Source: Mobula hypostoma
Taxonomy: Eukaryota
Assembly (NCBI RefSeq): GCF_963921235.1
Contig: NC_086107.1
Span: 34,038,001-34,102,000, forward strand
Length of the DNA: 64,000 nucleotides
Direction: 5' to 3'
Shown here: one piece after another, positions 12,320 through 25,524 of the stretch
How positions within the stretch are numbered: the first letter of the stretch is position 1
Layout of the letters: every line of letters starts with the position of its first letter
Notes under the pieces: generated by a model
Told to the model about the DNA's origin: nothing
Databases searched by the model: none
The model's input: only the letters and a program-made list of their open reading frames with translations
Translations under genes and position numbers: made by a program

Positions 12320-12555
12320 AACTTCAACGCCGCCGCTTCAACCAAGTTTACTCACTGGTCCGACATTTATAGCGTCCGTTTCCTACTCCGTGGCCCTGGC
12401 AACGCCAAATTCTGGCGCGATACCTGCCGGGAGATATAGACCATGCCCAACATCAACAAAATAAACTACAAATCCCATCAGGTAGCGTGGTCCTTTCTTT
12501 AATCGGAATTGTGTCCGCCAGGAAAACATATTATCAGATTTAGTTCCGGAAGCAA
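12320..12555. promoter_or_regulatory. IFTAP: CpG-rich, probably bidirectional promoter and exon 1 of IFTAP (NWC/C11orf74), antisense within RAG2 intron 1
   Basis: About 15 CpGs in 230 bp against a CpG-poor background. X-box GTTGCCAGGGCCAC (minus, 12390-12403). ZNF143-like sites at 12464-12482 (+) and 12421-12439 (-). ETS-like CCGGAAG near 12546. Minus-strand donor CCA|GTGAGT with G at 12355. The gene name rests on known RAG2/IFTAP synteny, not on coding sequence. Confidence 0.65.
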
Positions 12556-13432
12556 ATATAAAGTAGGGAAGGAAACCTGAGCGTAATTTAAAGTCTCTGT
12601 AACATTATTTGTATGCAAAACTTTGTAACTATAAAATCTGTGCAAACTAAACGAAAAATGTAAAAGCGCTGGGTCGACCTTAAACGCTCTCCAGAGATGT
12701 CATCTGACCTGCCCAGTATTTCCAGCCTTTTCTGCTTTTTCAGATTTCCAAATTACAGTATCTGCAGTATTTTTTAAAGCAAAAGAAAATAATTGAAACT
12801 AAAGAAAATACACTGAAAATACTGGAAATGATTACCAGGTCAACTTTCTCCCCGGATGGAGGGAGAAACTCAATCTTTCGAATTGATTTTGTTATGTTAT
12901 AAACCTACAGGAAAGAGTACATACTAAACAACTACATTTTAAGAGACATGCAGATCAAGAACTTGAGGAAAGGAAGAAAAGAGCAGGAAATGGATTCACA
13001 TGGACATGACAAAAGGGTAGAAATTGATCAAAAGTTGATGAAATTTTCCATTTCAGGGTATTAATAGTTTTTTTTAAAAAACACACAAACGGAGTTACCT
13101 ACAATTCAAAACATTCAGTGAGGGAGGAAACTAGGGAATGTAATGGAGCAGTGTAATATACCTCCTGTACCTAATAAAGTGGTTACAGAGTGATTTCATG
13201 ATCTTTTCCAGCCGTAGCACATCCACTTCGTGTCAATGTGCTGAGTGATGTTCTTCTGCACACCACTGTTATAACACATGATTATTTGAGTTACTGTTGC
13301 GTTCCTGTCAGCTTGAACCAGTCTGGCCATTCTTCTCTGACCTCTATTGTTAACAAGGCATTTTTGCCCACAGAACTGCCCATTACTGAATGTGTGTCAT
13401 TTTTTTTGCATCATTCTCTGTAAACACTAGAG

Positions 13433-13512
13433 CAGGGGTTCCCAATTTTTCTTATATCATGGACCCCTACCATTAAGCAAGGAGTCTATGGACCCCAGAT
13501 TGGGAAAACCTG
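13433..13512. mobile_element. 80-bp hAT-type MITE inside a Tc1-like remnant (about 13160-13780)
   Basis: TIR CAGGGGTTCCCAA / TTGGGAAAACCTG with imperfect TSD. The host has GTACCTAATAAA..GGCCACTGAG ends. Confidence 0.6.
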
Positions 13513-13895
13513 CTCCAGAGACTGTTGTGCATGAAAATCCCCGGAAGTTTGCAGTTTCTGAGATACTCAAACCCTCCCCTTTGGCACCAACCTTCACTCC
13601 ACAGTCAAAATCACTTAGGTCACATTTCTTCCCCATTCTAAAGTTTGGTCTGAACCATAACCAAACTTCCAGACCATGTCTGCATGTTTTTGTACATTGA
13701 GTTATGCCACGTGATTGGCTGATTAGATATTCACATTAACAAGCAGATACTCAGGTGTACCTAATAAACTGGCCACTGAGTATAGGAGTATACAAGTACA
13801 CAGAGCATTGAAAGTGTTGTTATGGGTGGTGAAAAAGGTTTTTAGGAGCATTATATTGTTGTTGTATAAGTCAATGGTGAGGCCAAACCCATTAT

Positions 13896-14616
13896 AAGTT
13901 GAGTACCCCTTATCTGAAATGCTTGGGGTTGAAGGTGTTTCGAATTTAGGATTTTTTCGGAGTTTGGAATAAATAACGAGATAGCTTGGGATCGCCATCA
14001 TTTCCAACTCTGAATTTACTGCTACCAGTAAGCAGTCTTTGTCTTACACTAGTTAATCGCACAAATGTGATGCAACTGTTCAGTGTGTTAGATTTTCATC
14101 TTGGCAAACTCATCAATGAATTTCTCTGCTGCTTCACGATCAGCAAACGCTTTATCACCACAAATCTTTAAAACTTCAATGCCGTGCCTTTTCTTAAATC
14201 TCTGCAACCAGTCTGCTGAATATTCTAAGGTTCATTTATTATCAAAGCATGCATCCATATACAACTCTGAAACCTGTATTCACAATTACCTTCCATTTTC
14301 AGTTTGTCATGATAGATCTTTACTTGTTTCATAATCACTGTACCACTAAGCAGCATATATTCACTCCGATGCTGATGAATCCATTCTTTCAATACACAAT
14401 TGAGGTCTTTATTTTTCACTTTAGGCAGTGTTTTTCTCTGTTTTTCATTACCTTCTCCTCATTACATATGTGAGGTCACTTCTCAGAACTGTTTGTGGTG
14501 CGCAGAGACCTGTGCATTGCCGGGGAACCTTCCCAGTACCTTGTGGAATTTTCCATTTGTGAAGTCGCGTCAGCACTCAAAAAGGTTTTGGGTTTCGGAT
14601 AAGGGGTACTCAACCT
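13896..14616 (-). mobile_element. Tigger/pogo-like non-autonomous DNA transposon
   Basis: TIR GTTGAGTACCCCTTATC(T/C)GAAA at both ends. The internal minus ORF 14225-14419 (DLNCVLKEWIHQHRSE..IMKQVKIYH) resembles a CENP-B-type HTH. Confidence 0.8.
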
Positions 14617-15959
14617 CTACAGGAGAGATGAGGTTAGACTGGAAAAACCACAAAAAGGATTTAAGTGAATTATGCCAGTACTAGCAGGCTGTAGTTATAG
14701 GGAGAGTTTGTCCAGGTTAGATCTTTACTCCTTGGAGCGCAGGAGAATGAGGGATAACCTTATACAGATTTATTAAATACAACGTGGAACGGGCCCTTCC
14801 AACCCAATGAGCTGTACTGCCAAGCTACCCAACTATTTAACCCTAGCTTTATTACTAGACAATTTACCGGTACATATTTGGATTGTGGGAGGAAACTAGA
14901 GCACCATTGAACTCCGAACTCTGACACCCCAAGCTTTCATAGTGTCGCACCAACTGCTACGCTGGGTGGAAGTACATCCCTACCAAAGGAGGTGTAAGGT
15001 GCTCCTTCACTCCATTAGCCTGCAGCTCACTCTTGGGCAAGGTGTTGCACCAGCTTAGCCCCCTAATCAGGGTCATGTGAGGCCACGGGAGCAGGTGGTG
15101 GATGGTCGTATGAGCAGCTGGTGCAGATCACAAGTCTTGGTTATGCGATCACTGAAGCCAGGCAGACAATCTCTGAAGGGTATTGATAATGGCTAGGGTC
15201 ACCCGTCCTGTAAAGACACTGCCCAGAGGAGGCAATGGCAAACCATTTCTGTGGGAAAATTTGCCAAGAACAATCAGGGTCATGGAAAGACCATGATCAC
15301 CCATATCATATAACACGGCACTTAACGAACAAAACGAACTGCTTCCGTGGTTATAAGATCATGAGGGACATAGATAAAGTGGCTGGTAGCAGTCTTTTCC
15401 CCAGGGTAGGAACTTCAAAATAAGGAGTATTGACTTAGAGTGAGATCTAAAAGGGAATTGAGGGCATTGTTTCAAACAGAGTGTATTGAATATATGGAGT
15501 GAGCTGCCTAGAGGAGGTAATAGATGTAGGTATAGAATTACCATTTAAAAAGCATTTGTATAGGTATGTGCAGGGATGGTTCTTGAGGAATATTGGCCAA
15601 ATGCAAGAAACTGGGACTAGCTAGGTGGGCACCATGGTTGGCATGCACTGGTTGGGCAAAGAGCCTGTATCTGTGCTTTATTGCTCATAACTCTATGATT
15701 CTTTGTTTCACTTTTTAAGGAAAAAGTCAAGTATAGCTGGTCTAAGTTGGTAATAAACATTGGATAGAACCAATTGGTAATGAATTGGATCGAACATTCT
15801 CAGTTCATGAATAATAATGAATAGATAAGTTTTTCCTTTCTTAGATGTGAAGAAAGAGAGAAAGCCAGCAAGACAGAGATGAATGGATAGGAATATTAGA
15901 GCCCAGGACCTGAGGAAGAGATCATTGACAAGAGAAGGGTGTAGGTGTCCTTGATAATG

Positions 15960-16632
15960 GGGGAGTACGCTGAGAATTCAAAAAGAAAAATTTTATCAAA
16001 TTTGGAATAAATGGATTGAATATTTAACCCCAAAGCGAGCAGACTTTAGATGACTCTCCTAATGATTTATACTGCTCTTCTCATCAACACAGTAATATTG
16101 CTAACGTAAACACCCCTGGTCTAAATGTTTACTGTTTTTTTTTCCTTTTTTTGGAAAATGGAGAATTAACACAAGTAAAGGAAAACATTTGGGAAAGGGG
16201 AAAAAAATGATAAAATTAAGTAAATAAGTACATAGGGATTGGATAATTATGTTTGGGGGTAGGAGCAAACACGAACAAGTTAGGATATAAACACCTACAA
16301 TGGTAGTTACATAGGCTTACATACAATATTTTGGACCAGGAAGAAATGGTCCAGAAGAGATATATGGAAATTATTATTAATCCACTATTATTACTATTTT
16401 TCTTAACAACTAATATCATCATTTAGCCTAATAGAGTAGAATTTCAACTGCACATAATTATCTATTTAAGTGTCTAATTTCTTTTTATATCATCTTAATG
16501 TGTACTTAGGAATGTATAAATAATTATAGACTTATACATATATAAAAAAAATGGAAAAGGTTATACATGTGAAAAAAGTTCATGATACTTGTGAATTCCT
16601 TATCCAAATAAAAATAAAAAATTTTAAAAGAA
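15960..16632 (+). mobile_element. L1-like LINE 3' end with A-rich tail
   Basis: AT-rich 3' UTR ending AATAAAAATAAAAAA. Confidence 0.5.
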
Positions 16633-18039
16633 AGAAGATAATGGGGGAGTAGGAATTCAGATGCTCAGTTCAAGGTGAAATAAGAAAACAAAACTAGGAA
16701 AATTGGAGTCAGTTTCACACTAACCAGACAGGAAGATAAAATCAGCTGGTCAGGAATGGAGCTTGTTGTAGGAATTGAAGATAATAATTTTGGTTTTCCC
16801 ACGCACAGTAATCCAGAATTGGACGCCAGAAAGCAGGCCGATAACGACAGAGCATGGGTTGAGCAAGGTGTTGGAGAGGTAAACTTACATCAGCAGCAAG
16901 ATTGTCATTAAGGATAGCATATTGAGGAAGAGGCAGGGAATCATAAATAGTTCCTCAAAGGAAGCTAAGGTGGAGGCAAGAGTGGGACCTTTAGATATTT
17001 AATATAGGAAAGAAAGGAAGGCAATCCATCTCATTTAGGCTGGGAAGGAAAGTCATTGAAGGAGAGTGTACAATTGCCCCCATGACACAAGCAGCACAAA
17101 GGTTGAAAGGATGACAGAGAACTCGGCTCACAGCTTTTCCTCACGTCAGATGCTGGTTAGATGAATAATGTTACACTCAGGTTTTGAAACTGGGTTCTGG
17201 CTTCAGCTATTAGCTGGTGGATGTTTAAAGGTTCGCATTAGGCTCCATAACAAAAAGAATTCATAACTAAGATTGTCAATGGCCAAAAGAGCTGATAACA
17301 ACTGTGCCCTGGTAAGGTTTGAATAAAATGAGTGTAGCCCTAGAATAATGTTAACTGCGCAAGCATCAACTATGGCATGCTTATCCTGATTGAAGCAATA
17401 TTAAAATAAAGTTGCCAAATGACACCTTTAGAAACAATATTAAAGAGATCAGGGCTGCAGATGTTAAAGCAAAGCCAATCTGAATTTATGGATTTTTCAA
17501 AGTTTAATACCAATAGGCTGACTTTGCATTTCACATAAGCAGAGGCAGCATGATAGTGTAGCTGCTGGCGTAATGCTGTTTCTGCACCGGTCACCTGGGT
17601 ACAACTCTACCACTGTCCATAAGGAATTTGTACATTCTCCCTATGATTACGTTGGTTTCCTCCGGGTGCTCCAGTTTCCTCCCACATTCCAAGGATACAC
17701 AGGTTAGAGGGTTAGTTGATCACATAGATGTAATTGGGTGCCGGGTGCTCATTGGAGGAGAAGAGCCTATTACTGTGCTGTACCTCTAAATAGAATAAAA
17801 TTTAAAATGGGTTTAGAAACTTATTAGTACCCTGCTTGCTTTTAGTCCCAAGCAGACAATAAATACACAGCTCCTCCTGGGTCCTGATCAAACCACAAAA
17901 TAGCTCTGGACTAAAGCCAGCCATCACTTAACTTCTCTTTCTGATTAATTTACCCAATCTTCTGGAAAATTTCATTCCAATTTACCACACCACAATCAAT
18001 TCTCATTTCTCCTGATCAAGCTAACTTCTGTTAGACCAC

Positions 18040-19190
18040 GAGACCATAAGACATAGGAGCAGAATTAGGCCATTCAGCCCTTCAAGCCCGCTCCATTATT
18101 TCATCATGGCTGATCCCAGATCCCATTCAACATCACACACCTGCCCTCTCACCATATCCATTGATGTCCCGACCAATCGGGAATCTATCAGCTTCCTTGA
18201 ATATACGCACGGACTTGGCCTCCATCGCAGACTGTGACAGGGCATACCACAGATTCTACCTAGTGGTGTTCCTCAGAACTATCTATCCCTCCACCCATCT
18301 TCATACAATCTGCAAACTTTGCCACAAAGCTATCAATTCCATTATCTAAATCATTGACAGACAATGTGTAAAAGGACTCAACGTTCTGCTGAAGGGTCTC
18401 GGCCCAAAACGTCAACTATTTTTTTCCATAGATGCTGCCTGGCCTGCTGAGTTCCTCCAGCATTTTGTGTGTCTTTCTTGGATTTCCAGCATCTGCAGAT
18501 TTTCTCGTTCTTTTCCCTTCTTACAGGTTTTTTTTAGCTGCCTTTGTTGGATTTTTAAAGTTTCCTAATCATCCAACTTCCCACTCCCTTTTAAATCTTA
18601 TATGCCCTTTCCTTGGCTTTTATGCAGCCCTTAACTTCCCTTGTCAGCCATGGTTATCTACCCTTGTCATATGAGAACAACTTCTTCAGTGGGATATATC
18701 TATCCTGAGCGTTGGAAACTATTCCCAGAAACTTCAGCCATCTCTGTTCCCACAAGCATCCCCCTCCAATCCACCTGGGCAAGCTCCTCTCTCACACCTT
18801 GTAATTCCCTTTACTCCATTGCAATACTGATACATGTGACTTATGCTTCTCCCTCTCAAATTGCAGTATGAAATCAATCATATTATGACCACTGCCTCTG
18901 AAGAGTTCCTTTACGTTAAGCTGACTAACAAAGTCAGGGTTATTACACAACACCCAATCTAAGATAGCCTTTCCCCTAGCAGGCTCAAGCACAAGCTGCT
19001 CTAAAAAGCAATTCTGTAGACATTCAGCAAATTCCCTCTCTTGCGATCTGACACCAATCTGATTTTCCCAGTCCCCTTGCATATTGAAGTCCCCCATTAC
19101 AATTGTGACATTACCCTTATTACATGCCCTTTCCAGCTCCCTTTGCAATTTCAAACCCACATTTTGGCTACAGTTCTTTTCACTCCTCTC
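18040..19190 (-). mobile_element. CR1-type LINE fragments (endonuclease region and 3' end)
   Basis: ORF 18792-19160 (IVMGDFNM..ILDWVLCN..SGHNMIDF) is an APE endonuclease fragment. Confidence 0.8.
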
Positions 19191-19667
19191 ACAGGAGTTG
19201 CTTCCTATAATGGCTGGGAATGTCTAGCAACGATCTCCATCTTCCAGACCTTTCTACCTATTCCAGCCTTCATTGCTTCCATGAATTCTAGGCCATTATC
19301 TCCAGATGATGCACTTTCAAACCACACTGGGCTCCAGAGATTGAAAAATCATTTGTATATCTTCCCAGTGATGTTTCAATAAAAGAATGACACTTTAAAA
19401 CAGAGAAAAAAAACATTAGCTAGAATTCAAAAGGTATGGAGTTGGCAGAACGAAGATTTATGGAACGTGAATTTAACAATGTGGAATGCAATAACTATTT
19501 GTTAAAAGGTCATTTTGCAAATGTTTTCATGAATAAATCATGAACCCAAAATAATTCAGTTTTAAAGTAAGTTGCACTGATTATCGGCTTATTGTTAAAA
19601 TGATAGATTAATAGCAATGTCTGTACATGGTCAGTTCTGCATTATTGCGGTCTTTATTTTCTTTTCA

Positions 19668-19704
19668 TTTCTAACATGATTTTTTATTCAGTTTCCTTTC
19701 AAAG
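19668..19704 (+). other. 3' splice site of the RAG2 coding exon
   Basis: Branch-point-like TTCTAAC (about 19669-19675), a T-rich tract, and two candidate AGs (19690-19691, 19703-19704) shortly before ATG 19730. Confidence 0.7.
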
Positions 19705-19729
19705 GTCCAGCCAGCTTTCTACTGCAGCA

Positions 19730-21289
19730 ATGACCCTGCAATTGGTTTCCGAGAACAGCAATACCAACCTTATACACCCAGGATTCTCCTTAATGAATTT
19801 TCATAGTGAAGTCTTTCTTTTTGGACAGAAAGGATGGCCTAAAAGATCCTGCAACACAGGTGTTTTCCTTCTTCATCTCAAGAGTCACCAGCTGAAACTT
19901 AAACCTGTTTCATTTTCATCTGAATCATGCTATCTCCCACCACTGCGTCGGCCTGCAGTAACTCATTACTCAGATCCCGCAGAGGCAGCAAGCCTTTCTT
20001 ACCTCATTCATGGTGGGAGAACTCCAAATAACGAGCTGCCTAATACACTTTATGTCATGATGGTTTATGACAATGCTGCCAAAAAGCGAACGTCTCTTCA
20101 ATGCACTGAAAAGAAAGTAACAGGAGATGTTCCCAGTGGAAGATATGGCCACACCATCAATGTGATTCAGGACAAGGGAGAAACTATATGTGCCCTGTTT
20201 GGTGGTAGATCGTACCTGGCTCCTGGACAAAGAACTACAGAAAACTGGAATAGCCTGGTGGATTGTTCACCTGAGGTATTTCTGATTGATATGAATACCG
20301 GCCATTGCACATCCCATGTAATTCCAGAAATAGAAGAGGGCTTTTCATTCCATGTTGCCATTTCAAAACTTGACACCATCTATGTATTAGGTGGTCATTC
20401 TATTAAAAACAATAATCGTCCTGCAAGATTGCTTAGTCTAAAAGTAGATCTTTCAGACATTCATCCAAGTGTGAAATGTACAATACTACATGGAGGTATC
20501 TCTGTATCAAGTGCAATCGTGACCCAGGCTGGCACAGATGAATTCATCATTGTTGGTGGCTATGAATCTGAGAGCCAGAAGCGGATGATTTGTAACACCA
20601 TCATTCTGGAGAATAATAACATTCAGATTTTGGAAAAAGAACCCCCAGCATGGACTAATGATATCAAAGCAAGCAAAACCTGGTTTGGCAGTGATATGGG
20701 AAGTAGTGCAGTGTTAATAGGAATTCCTGGAGAAACGAAACAAGATACACCAATTGCACACTACTTCTACATTGCAAATTTTGGACGGCCTAAAGAAGAA
20801 AGCCAGATGTCTGCCAGCCAGGAATCCTTTACTGATCCTGAGGAATACAGCACATTTGAAGATTCGGAAGAATTTCACTTTGATGTGGAAGCAGATCCCT
20901 CTGATGATGTGGAAAACACGGATGATGCTGATGAAGAAGGTTATTGGATTAAATGCAGTGCCAACTGCAATATGAACATTAAGATCTGGGTGCCTTATTA
21001 CTCTACAGAACTCAAAAAACCTGCAATGATCTTCTGCTCGAATGCAGGTGATGATGGACACTGGGTACACGCTCAGTGCATGAATCTCACAGAAATGCAG
21101 CTGATTCAGTTTTCTCAGGAGAACATAAAGTACTTTTGCAATGAACATTATATTGACAGAGGAATTAAAACTCCACTCAAGCCAAAGCAGATAAAGCGAA
21201 CGCCAATAAAATCCCCCCGTAAGAAGTCACCGGCAACACTGAAAAGGGTGCCAATGAAGAAGAGCTTTCTGAAGAGACTGTTTGATTAA
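19730..21289 (+). CDS. RAG2: V(D)J recombination-activating protein 2, single coding exon, 519 aa
   Basis: Starts MTLQLV and has the LFGQKGWPKRSC kelch-core motif, an acidic hinge (FEDSEEF), a PHD finger (GYWIKC..PAMIFC..GHWVHAQC..YFCNEH) and the C-terminus KKSFLKRLFD. The ORF-track start at 19676 lies in the intron polypyrimidine tract, so ATG 19730 is the homologous start. Confidence 0.98.
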   Translation: MTLQLVSENSNTNLIHPGFSLMNFHSEVFLFGQKGWPKRSCNTGVFLLHLKSHQLKLKPVSFSSESCYLPPLRRPAVTHYSDPAEAASLSYLIHGGRTPNNELPNTLYVMMVYDNAAKKRTSLQCTEKKVTGDVPSGRYGHTINVIQDKGETICALFGGRSYLAPGQRTTENWNSLVDCSPEVFLIDMNTGHCTSHVIPEIEEGFSFHVAISKLDTIYVLGGHSIKNNNRPARLLSLKVDLSDIHPSVKCTILHGGISVSSAIVTQAGTDEFIIVGGYESESQKRMICNTIILENNNIQILEKEPPAWTNDIKASKTWFGSDMGSSAVLIGIPGETKQDTPIAHYFYIANFGRPKEESQMSASQESFTDPEEYSTFEDSEEFHFDVEADPSDDVENTDDADEEGYWIKCSANCNMNIKIWVPYYSTELKKPAMIFCSNAGDDGHWVHAQCMNLTEMQLIQFSQENIKYFCNEHYIDRGIKTPLKPKQIKRTPIKSPRKKSPATLKRVPMKKSFLKRLFD

Positions 21290-21625
21290 AATTGTTAGAC
21301 ATGTATCATTAATTCTATGTTTATAAATTTATGAAAAAATAGCATTTTTAATGTTCATATCTCAGCATACTGATTTTTAGGTTATTTAGGTTTTCTACTC
21401 TACAAAATTAACAAACATTGTTTTCTGGAATGCAAAGGCAGCAACCAGCAAACTGAATTAGCTTCTTATCATTTACTGATAACAATGTCTAAGTTCTTTC
21501 TTTTTGAACATAAATATAAATTATCTGATTTAACAAAAGACACCATTTACTCAAATGAGACTACTAAACTAAATTGCCAAAGGTGCTCAGAATACTATAA
21601 AACACAGTAAAATACATTAAAATGC

Positions 21626-21929
21626 AATAAAACCTTTTGTGTAATAAGATCCAACATTTAAATGATGTATGGAAGACCAAGAAGTTTTTTATTGTTTGAT
21701 CATAAGCTATTTTGTAATGTTAGCTTTAGTGTTTCTTTGGTGTTATTGCCTTGAATGCAACATTTGATGCAGAAATGGATTTTTAAAGAAACTGATTACA
21801 AATTTCATTTTATTGCTCTGCTTGTTAATTCAATGATTATTAACTTTACTTCTGTGGTGTTAATGTTACCTAGAAATAAAAATGATAATTACCCTTTGAA
21901 TTGAGACTTTTAAAGATCGACGCAATAAA
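21626..21929 (+). terminator. Candidate RAG2 polyadenylation signals
   Basis: AATAAA at 21626, 21875 and 21924, in AT-rich sequence after the stop codon. Confidence 0.45.
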
Positions 21930-24900
21930 TTTCATTTACTGAAAGCTCTGATACTCAGAATTCAATGGAGAGTGTAAGGTTACATAAAGCTCAGAAAATC
22001 GGTCATCTACTGGAATGTGATGAATCTCAACTTTCCGTTCATTCCCTTGCTCCATCTGTCTTGGATATACATCCCGAAGATTCATTTCTAATAGTTTCCA
22101 GTTATAATTGCTGTGTTACAGTTTTCTAAATTCTCTCCAGACATGTTCATGTGTTTAGTATTGCCAATCTCAATACTAGCAAGTACGATACTTAATGTCT
22201 TATCCCTATGATCTAACAGCATTCATACGCAATAAACTCCCATGCCAAATCCTGACTTAGGTCAAGACACATTCACCTACCACATGTGATCACTAACCTA
22301 TTTTGGTTTAGTCTAGCAACCACTCAATTTTAAGTGTCTGATCTTCACTTCCAAATCTTTCCTTGGCAGCACCTTCTCTCATTTCGTAATTCCCACTGAT
22401 AATACAACATTCCAAAGATTCCCAATAGTTCTGCGCATATTTAAAAATCCAGCATCTCTGATTTTGATTATTCCAGCATTGGCATCCTTGCACTTAAGAT
22501 CTGGAATTCCTTCCATGAGCTTCTCTGCCAAATATCTTGCGTTATTAAAAGCTTTTCTATGGAGATTATCTGGATATTTAATTTAAGTTGTTTGTCTAGT
22601 TGTTCAAAATAATTCTCCTTATACTATCATAACAATAATCTGACATAACACACCAACAAAGCCCCATTCCAAAAGAAAGTTAACGCTAAGCCATGGAAAG
22701 AGATGTAAGGGAAGATGACAAAAAGCTTGGCCACAATAGTAGGTTTAACAAACAACTAGAAGAAAAAGATCAAAATATTCAGTCTACCACATCCGCATCA
22801 ACACATTTGTCCATCTACGCTAATCCCATTAATTTGATTTTCTATCTCAATACCATATACTTGCAATCTCCCATTCCTTTGTATCTAGAAATCTGTCAGT
22901 TTCTTTCCTCAGTAATGACATATTCATATCATATTCTCCTGTGGACAACAATGCCTTAGGTTCACCAGCCTCCAAGTGAAGAAGTTTCTCATCTCAATCC
23001 TAGATATTTACTATGCATTTTGAGTGTGACCTCAAGTTGTAGACCCCTCTCTTGAGCCATAGGAATTACCTTCCCTGTGTCCCATCTGTCAAGACCTGTT
23101 AATTTCAATGAGACACCCTCTCATTCTTCTAAATTCTTCTGAGTGTAAATGTAATCAACCAAATGTCTCTTCGTACAACTGCCTCACCATCCCAGGAATA
23201 AATTTAGTAAACCTTTATGGTGCTCCTTCTATATCGTTCTTAGGTAAAGAGACAAAAAACTGTGTGCAATACTCCAGGTGTGGTCACAAAACCTCAAAGC
23301 CAATGAAAGGCAACACACTAGTTCTCTTCTTAACAGCTTGCTGCACCTGCATGTTTACTTTCAGTCACAGGTGTACAAGATTTACAGGTCCCTTTGTATT
23401 TCAAGCCTTCATGGTCTATCACCATTTAAATAGAAATCTGCCTTTGTTTTTTCCTACCAAAGTGAATAATTTCACATTCTTCCACTTATAAAGCAGCAGT
23501 GCTACATTTGCCAACATTCAATTCCTGCCATTATCTAGAGCATTTTGGAAGGTGACAAACAAAAACAAGGAGAGGGGGAGACGTTTAGGGAGAGCTTTCC
23601 AGAGCCAAGTGACTTGGAATCTAAATGCATTCTTACACATTGAGGTGGAATTGATACTGGGGATGTGCAAAAGATCACAATTGTAGGAGCACATATATCT
23701 TGAAGAATTATAGGCCAGTAAGATATGAAAGCAAAACAAGGGTGATTATTTTAAATTGAGACATTCGATGAGCACAGACATAATGGATTAAGATGATCAC
23801 GATGCATTGAAAAGGTCACGTCATAACAGGAGTTCAAATCAGAGTTTCAGCCATTGAGGAACTGAGAGAGGAAAGCAGGGATGTGGTCAGGAATTAATCT
23901 TTGAGTTGAATATAATACCAGGAGAGATTCCAGAAGACAGAGTCAGTGGTCAAGGCACAGGGCATATAGAGGGGACCAAGCAGTCAAACTTCCCAATATT
24001 TAGTTGGAGAAAGTTTCTGCACATGCACAATATGTTAGACAAGCTTAGATCTAGAAGTCCAGCAAAAATATTGCAAATAATCTAATGAACAGAAGATGTA
24101 TAGAAAATCACAAAAGGTCCAGCAGCTAGTTGATAACCATGGCTAACCAAAACAACCTTTAGCCCAAAGACCTAACCCCACCAGAGCTAAAGATGAGAGA
24201 TTATCAAGAACAGGAGCAACCAGTAAGTAATAGAAGAAGAAATTCGAAGCCCCTTCAGGCAAGACTGCCTTTGATGTGAGTGTCCTTGTTTCCATTCCAT
24301 AGAAGGCTACTCATTACAACTTTAATATTATTCCAGCAAAACAAGAGGCTGTAGAGCTGAAAAATAACAAGCTTTCTTGAGCAGATGAAAATGTTCCTCT
24401 GATGAAATTCCAAAAGAGTCTCCAATGTGAAACATTGACTTTATTTTTCTTTTCACAGGTGTGACTTGATTTTTGAGTAGTTCCAGCATTTTCTGTGCTT
24501 ATTTGAAAGTCATAAAACTTCAGTCAAATTGGCTAAGTTCTAAATTATTTCAAAGTTCGAAGTTCAGAGTACATTTTTATTATTAAAGTATGAATACAAT
24601 ATACATCCTTGGGATTCATTTCCTTATAGACAGCCACAAAGAAACTCAAAAGAACCCATAAAAAAAGACCATCAAACACCCGTTGTGCAGAGGAAAAAAA
24701 AGTGCAAGGAATAGAAATAAGCAAATAGCATTCAGAACAAAAGTGAGTCCACAGACACATAGCCTGGAGCAGTCAGAGCAGGCCCACGGCCTCAGTTCAG
24801 CACATTGCCGAATAAATGTTGCAGAACCCTCAGACATGGAGCCTGGAGCAGCCAGTGCAGGCCACAGCCCCAGACTCAGTTCAGCACAGAGCCAAGTAGG

Positions 24901-25524
24901 TGTCACAGAGCAGCAAGCAGAACCAGCCCAACCCTTCCCTCTTGTCCCGTCATCCTGCCCCTTCAATCCATCTGGCCTAGCGTTTAAATCATCCAAACAT
25001 CAGGTTGCTCCCCGCACTAGGGACACAGGTGGTGTCACATTGATATGCGTCATGCCTGAACCCTGCCACCACATTTCAGCCTGTACCAGAGATTTCCAAA
25101 TCAGCCTGGTGCTTAGTTCAATGTAACCTCGCTCTCAGTTTAGATGGATGGGCCTCAAGACTGTATTACAAAATAAAGGATTTCAGGAATGTGTATTTTA
25201 CAAAACATTAAATGAATGAAGGCGCCACTCCACTCACCATGACTTTGCCTCAAACATGCCTCGACGGTCACCTCGACTTTGCCTTGCACCCGTGTGCCTC
25301 GACCCGAGATTCAGCCTCGCCTGCACTCACCTCACCATTGTTTGTGGTGATGGTTTACCATAGACTTTACAAGAAAAAGTGTTAGTCCCATTTCTTGTTT
25401 TGTCTGCCACCAGTAAGTAGTCACTGAGCTTCACCAGTGCCATCTTAAAGCAGAATTATTTACTGAAGTATATCGTAAAAACAGGAAGACCAAGATCCTA
25501 ATTCAACATGCTCTCATCACATAA

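Noticed and set aside
19676-19729. 18-aa N-terminal extension of RAG2 in the ORF track
   Set aside because: It lies in the branch point and polypyrimidine tract upstream of the acceptor; orthologues start at MTLQ/MSLQ.
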